Below are positions 59,481 through 64,000 of a stretch of DNA of 64,000 nucleotides, piece by piece (positions within the stretch are counted from its first letter, which is position 1; each line of letters opens with the position of its first letter). The notes beneath the pieces were generated by a model. The model was not told the origin of the DNA. It worked only from the letters and a program-made list of their open reading frames with translations, and made no database searches. The position numbers were made by a program, and so were the translations under genes. The stretch is from Macrostomum hystrix (Eukaryota > Animalia > Platyhelminthes), in the NCBI GenBank assembly GCA_950097015.1, contig CATNEN010000014.1, forward strand, positions 1,674,001 to 1,738,000, written 5' to 3'.

Positions 59481-62400
59481 TTACAGCAGCTTGGACATCT
59501 CGTACTTGGTAGTCAGCACCTCCTCGTCGCTGTCGTGCAGCAGGGAGGGCAGGGTGCTCTCCACCAGCGACTGCGGGATGTTCTCCTCCACCCAGCGCAG
59601 GTTGTCCTCTCCCTTGCTGGACTGGCGCGAGCGCTGCTGATGCTGGGCGGAGGCCGCCTGGCCGCGAGCTTTCACACCTTCGGCCAGGTTGTCCATTATC
59701 ACCTGGGTTATTAGTAATAGTTATTATCTATTATCAACAAGACCATACTTAATATTAGTATCCAGTATCCAGAATCACCTGGACTATTACTAATATTAGA
59801 ATCCAGTATCACCTGGACAATTACTAATATTAGTATCCAGTATCACCTGGCCTTTTATCTTAATTGATGACACAAATCGTTTCCCATGGCTGCGATTCGA
59901 ACTTGCGACCTCCCAAATTGAGTGCTGAGTAGTAATAGTAGTAAAGTAATGGAAGAAGCATGCCTTAAATGTATTAAAATTATTGACTGCTCTGACAAAT
60001 CAGAAAACGCTGACAAATTTTAACACAGATTTGATCGCCTTTACCTTTGGGGGCCAGAAGGCCTCTACATTAAAAATTATTTCCTGACAACAATAATACA
60101 GAGCATGCATTAGCGCAAGCTGATAGGATGTGATATCCCAGATTCCGAGAAACGAACTCTCAGATTATACAGGCCCTCCACTTAGATCACAATGGCCTAC
60201 CACTCGCAGTTCCCAATAAACTCCCACTCTCTAATATCCCAATAACCGCCCACTCTCATATCCCAATGACCTCACTCTCTCTCATATCCAAATAACTTAA
60301 CTTAACACTCTCTCAGATCCCAATGACATCCCACTCTCATATCCCAATGACCTCACTCTCTCTCAAATCCCAATAACCTCCCACTCTCTCAGATCCCAAT
60401 AACTTCCCACTCTCTCAGATCCCAATAACTTCCCACTCTCTCAGATCCCAATAACTTCCCACTCTCTCAGATCCCAATAACCTCCCACTCTCTCAGATCC
60501 CAATAACTTCCCACTCTCTCAGATCCCAATAACTTCCCACTCTCTCAGATCCCAATAACTTCCCACTCTCTCAGATCCCAATGACATCGCACTCTCAGAT
60601 CCTAATGACCTCACTCTCTCTCATATCCCAATGACCTCACTCACTCTCATATCCCAATGACCTCACTCTCTCTCAAGTCCCAATAACCTCCCACTCTCTC
60701 AGATCCCAATGACCTCCCACTCAGATGCCAAGCATCTCCCGTCCTTAGAAATCCCATTAGATTCCTTATCCTCACCTCCTCATCCTCCTCGTCGCTGTCG
60801 TCGCCAGCGTCCAGCAGCGGCGTGAATGCGTAGCGCTGGTTGTTCTGCGACGGGCGCCAGAGCACGATGATGACGAACAGGATGACGGAGAACAGCAGGT
60901 GCCAGAAGGCGTCGTCGATCCAGAGCTCGCGCCAGGCGGCCACACAGACAGCGAACTTGTGCCGGCCGACAGTCCAAGCCATGAACACTACGGAGCAGAG
61001 TACGCAGAACACCAGCGTGTTGGTGAAGTGCCGGTAGAGCGACAGTTTGACCAGGTTGCGACGAACCCGCAGGTTCCGAATGGTCTGCACCAGCGAGCTG
61101 AAGATCCACCAGCAGATGATGGCGTCCGTCACGGCCAGCGGAATGGTGGCGTAGAAGGCGTTGCGCGACTGGTGAAAGCGCGGCCGCATGGAACGAAGCG
61201 AACTCTCAACGGCCGAGAACACGAAGTACACCAGGCCGATGGCAATGACCTTGTGCTGCAGCTGGCCGAGGCGCGGCTTCACAATGCCATAGCCGAGGCA
61301 CACAATCAGAACCAGCATTCGAGCCACCGAGCGCTTCACGCAAGAGACCAGCTCGGCTAGCATGACGGCACCCCTGACACTCACCTGCCGGTTGGGGATG
61401 ATGGTTGAGATCGATTCAAGATTCCAGCTGTGATCAACATGAGATTCCAGCTGAGATCAACATGAGATTCCAGTTGAGATCAACATGGAATTTCAGTTGA
61501 GATCAACATGAGATTCCAGTTGAGATCACCATGAGATTCCAGCTGAGATCAACATGAGATTCCAGCTGAGATCAACATGAGATTCCAGCTGAGATCAAAA
61601 TGAGATCTGTTAAAATGAACATGATATTATAATTGAGATTCACACAAAAACTCAGCTGAGACCGATGAGATTTCAGGTGAGAACTATAAGATCTCAAAAA
61701 ACAGATCTAAGGCAATGCACAGCAGCCAGACTATCACCCACCCCGCTGCTGTTGATGCTCTGGTACTCAGCGTAGAACAGCGCCTTCTCCAGCATGCCCA
61801 GGAAGATGACGCCAGAGATGCAGAACTGAATGCGCAGCATCTCCCGCCAGTACTTGGCGCACAGGCCAAGCCACAGCAGGCCGAACAGCAGGTACAGCAG
61901 GCACATGGAGCCAAAGAAAGGCAGCAGGGGCCAGTCGATGGCGGACAGGTAGCCGAAGCGGTTCACAATCTCGATGCGAGCCCGAACGTGAAAATTGGCG
62001 GGCAGGCTGACCAGCTGGCAGTCCTGCGGGTCGCCGCCGCAGCAGGCGGAGGCGCGCAGCACCAGCAGGTAAATGCCATCCTCCCAGGTGCGGGTCACCA
62101 GGCCTGCCTTGCGAGAAGCCGCGGGAGCCAACGTTGTGGAGGCTGCGGGCGTCGGAAAGAGGGATGATGGGCCTATTGATCATCACCCCTGGTCTATTGA
62201 CCTTCGCCGCTAGTCTATTGATCTTCACTGCTAGTCTATTGACCTTCGCCGCTAGTCTATTGATCTTCACTGCTAGTCTATTGACCTTCGCCGCTAGTCT
62301 ATTGATCTTCACTGCTAGTATATTGATCTTCACTGCTAGTATATTGATCTTCACTACTAGTGTATTGATCTTCACTGCTAGTCTATTGATCTTCACTGCT

Positions 62401-63467
62401 AGTCTATTGATTTTCACTGCTAATCTATTGATCTTCACTGCTAGTCTATTGATTTTCACTGCTAATCTATTGATCTTCACTGCTAATCTATTGACCTTCG
62501 CCGCTAGTCTATTGATCTTCACTGCTAGTATATTGATCTTCACTGCTAGTGTATTGATCTTCACTGCTAGTCTATTGATCTTCACTGCTAGTCTATTGAT
62601 TTTCACTGCTAGTATATTGATCTTCACTGCTAGTCTATTGATTTTCACTGCTAGTATATTGATCTTCACTGCTAGTCTATTGATTTTCACTGCTAGTATA
62701 TTGATCTTCAATTCTAGTCTATTGATCTTCACTGCTAGTATATTGATCTTCACTGCTAGTCTATTGATTTTCACTGCTAGTATATTGATCTTCAATTCTA
62801 GTATATTGATTTTCACTGCTAGTCTATTGATCTTCACTGCTAGTCTATTGATTTTCACTGCTAGTATATTGATCTTCAATTCTAGTCTATTGATCTTCAC
62901 TGCTAGTATATTGATCTTCACTGCTAGTCTATTGATTTTCACTGCTAGTATATTGATCTTCAATTCTAGTCTATTGATTTTCACTGCTAGTCTATTGATC
63001 TTCACTGCTAGTCTATTGACCTTCGCCGCTAGTCTATTGATCTTCAATTCTAGTCTATTGATCTTCAGCGCCACTTCATTCATGTGCACCGTGCGAGGAC
63101 ACTTAGAATTCCCTTCCAATCTCAGACTTATTTTAGGGACTTTATTTCCAGTATTTTACGCACCCTTAGAAGGCGCAGTGGTGCTTGGCAAGGCCGCAGC
63201 GCGCTTGCGCCTCCCACTAGTTTCTGGCTTTTTGCTGCTCTTAGAAGCACCGCCACCTGCAGCGGCAGAGTCGGTGGAATTGTCCGAGGCGCCAACACCG
63301 CGCGGATATTTCTTAGTCTCCAAGATGGTTGGCAGCCGCTGGTCGATGTTCGGCAGCAGCAGGGTGGCCGTTTCGCCGGCATTGCACACCAGGCACTGCG
63401 GGTTGTCGCCTAGCAACGAGTCCGGGTAGCGCTTCACTTTCACACTCTTGTAGTCGAATTCCTTCAC
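59481..63467 (-). CDS. TMEM87: TMEM87A/B-like GOST-family 7TM protein, 3' exons (5' end lies beyond the window)
   Basis: Exons 63467-63164, 62142-61742 (GYLSAIDWPLL.FF, W....LRIQFCI..VIFLGMLEKA), 61384-60776 (KRSVARMLVLIVCLGYGIVKPRLG, RNLVKLSLYRHFTNTL, WRELWIDDAFWH, LWRPSQNNQRYAFTPL) and 59702-59481 (EDNLRWVEENIP...DSDEE...SK); phases are consistent. Confidence 0.94.
60225..60720. repeat. 26-bp intronic minisatellite (TMEM87 last intron)
   Basis: Unit (c/t)tcccactctctcagatcccaataac. Confidence 0.92.
61420..61610. repeat. 23-bp intronic minisatellite (TMEM87)
   Basis: Unit gagattccagctgagatcaacat. Confidence 0.9.
62190..63065. repeat. 21-bp intronic minisatellite (TMEM87)
   Basis: Unit tctattgatcttcactgctag. 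Confidence 0.96.
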
Positions 63468-63504
63468 CTGGGAGAGACAGGAGAGCGCCAGGTGATTCGA
63501 TTAC

Positions 63505-63890
63505 GCACGACTGCGGCAGATTCACTGACATGAATCCTGTCATTACAGCATCACAAAGCCCTGACTGCGGCAGATTCACTGACCTGAATCCTGTCATTAC
63601 AGCATCACAAAGCCCTGACTGCGGCAGATTCACTGACCTGAATCCTGTCATTACAGCATCACAAAGCCCTGACTGCAGCAGATTCACTGACCTGAATCCT
63701 GTCATTACAGCATCACAAAGCCCTGACTGCAGCCGATTCACTGACCTGAATCCTGTCATTACAGCATCACAAAGCCCTGACTGCAGCAGATTCACTGACC
63801 TGAATCCTGTCATTACAGCATCACAAAGCCCTGACTGCAGCAGATTCACTGACCTGAATCCTGTCATTACAGCATCACAAAGCCCTGACT
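63505..63890. repeat. 54-bp intronic minisatellite (TMEM87)
   Basis: Unit ctgactgc(g/a)gcagattcactgacctgaatcctgtcattacagcatcacaaagcc, about 7 copies. Confidence 0.95.
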
Positions 63891-64000
63891 CAGAGCTCAG
63901 CTAGACCTCAAAAGGTTTTATTTGCATTTTATTGCCATGTAAACTGCAAAAAACGTGAAAACGCATTAAAATTATTGCAAGCATGCTGCAGGAATCGTTG

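Noticed and set aside
59870-59930. B-box-like gttcgaatc on the minus strand
   Set aside because: No A box or cloverleaf; at most a decayed SINE fragment.
61767-63429. 450-aa and 431-aa ORFs (AVKINRL)n and (LIFTASL)n
   Set aside because: They arise from the 21-bp array in a TMEM87 intron with valid splice sites on both sides.

Overview
This is a eukaryotic (metazoan) window. GC-rich exons, short AT-rich spacers, minisatellite-filled introns and ATG-less phase-0 first exons suggest a flatworm such as Macrostomum; this is an inference, not confirmed. Left part (1-38 kb), gene-dense: SETMAR-type SET methyltransferase (-), SUMO paralog (-), CPSF4 (-), SLC16/MCT transporter (+), METTL2 (+), OGFOD2 (-), a frameshifted class A GPCR (-), an N-myristoylated MIEAP-domain protein (-) and an unknown protein (-). 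Middle (38.5-56.3 kb), mobile DNA: a Crypton-type tyrosine recombinase with a 96-nt hairpin and small flanking ORFs, an internally deleted Gypsy-like LTR element, an integrase-only Gypsy remnant and a hAT-type MITE with an 8-bp TSD. Right end: an intronless DEG/ENaC channel (+) and the 3' exons of TMEM87 (-). More than 20 distinct minisatellites (18-54 bp units) fill most larger introns. Main leads: (1) several genes start at an in-frame splice acceptor with no ATG, consistent with a start codon donated by a trans-spliced leader; (2) the Crypton-like region with hairpin and cargo ORFs; (3) intron-specific minisatellites with shared cores and splice-like motifs, one of them inside a SET domain. 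All exon models were built by hand from GT/GC-AG signals, phase consistency and recalled family motifs; no database searches were run.
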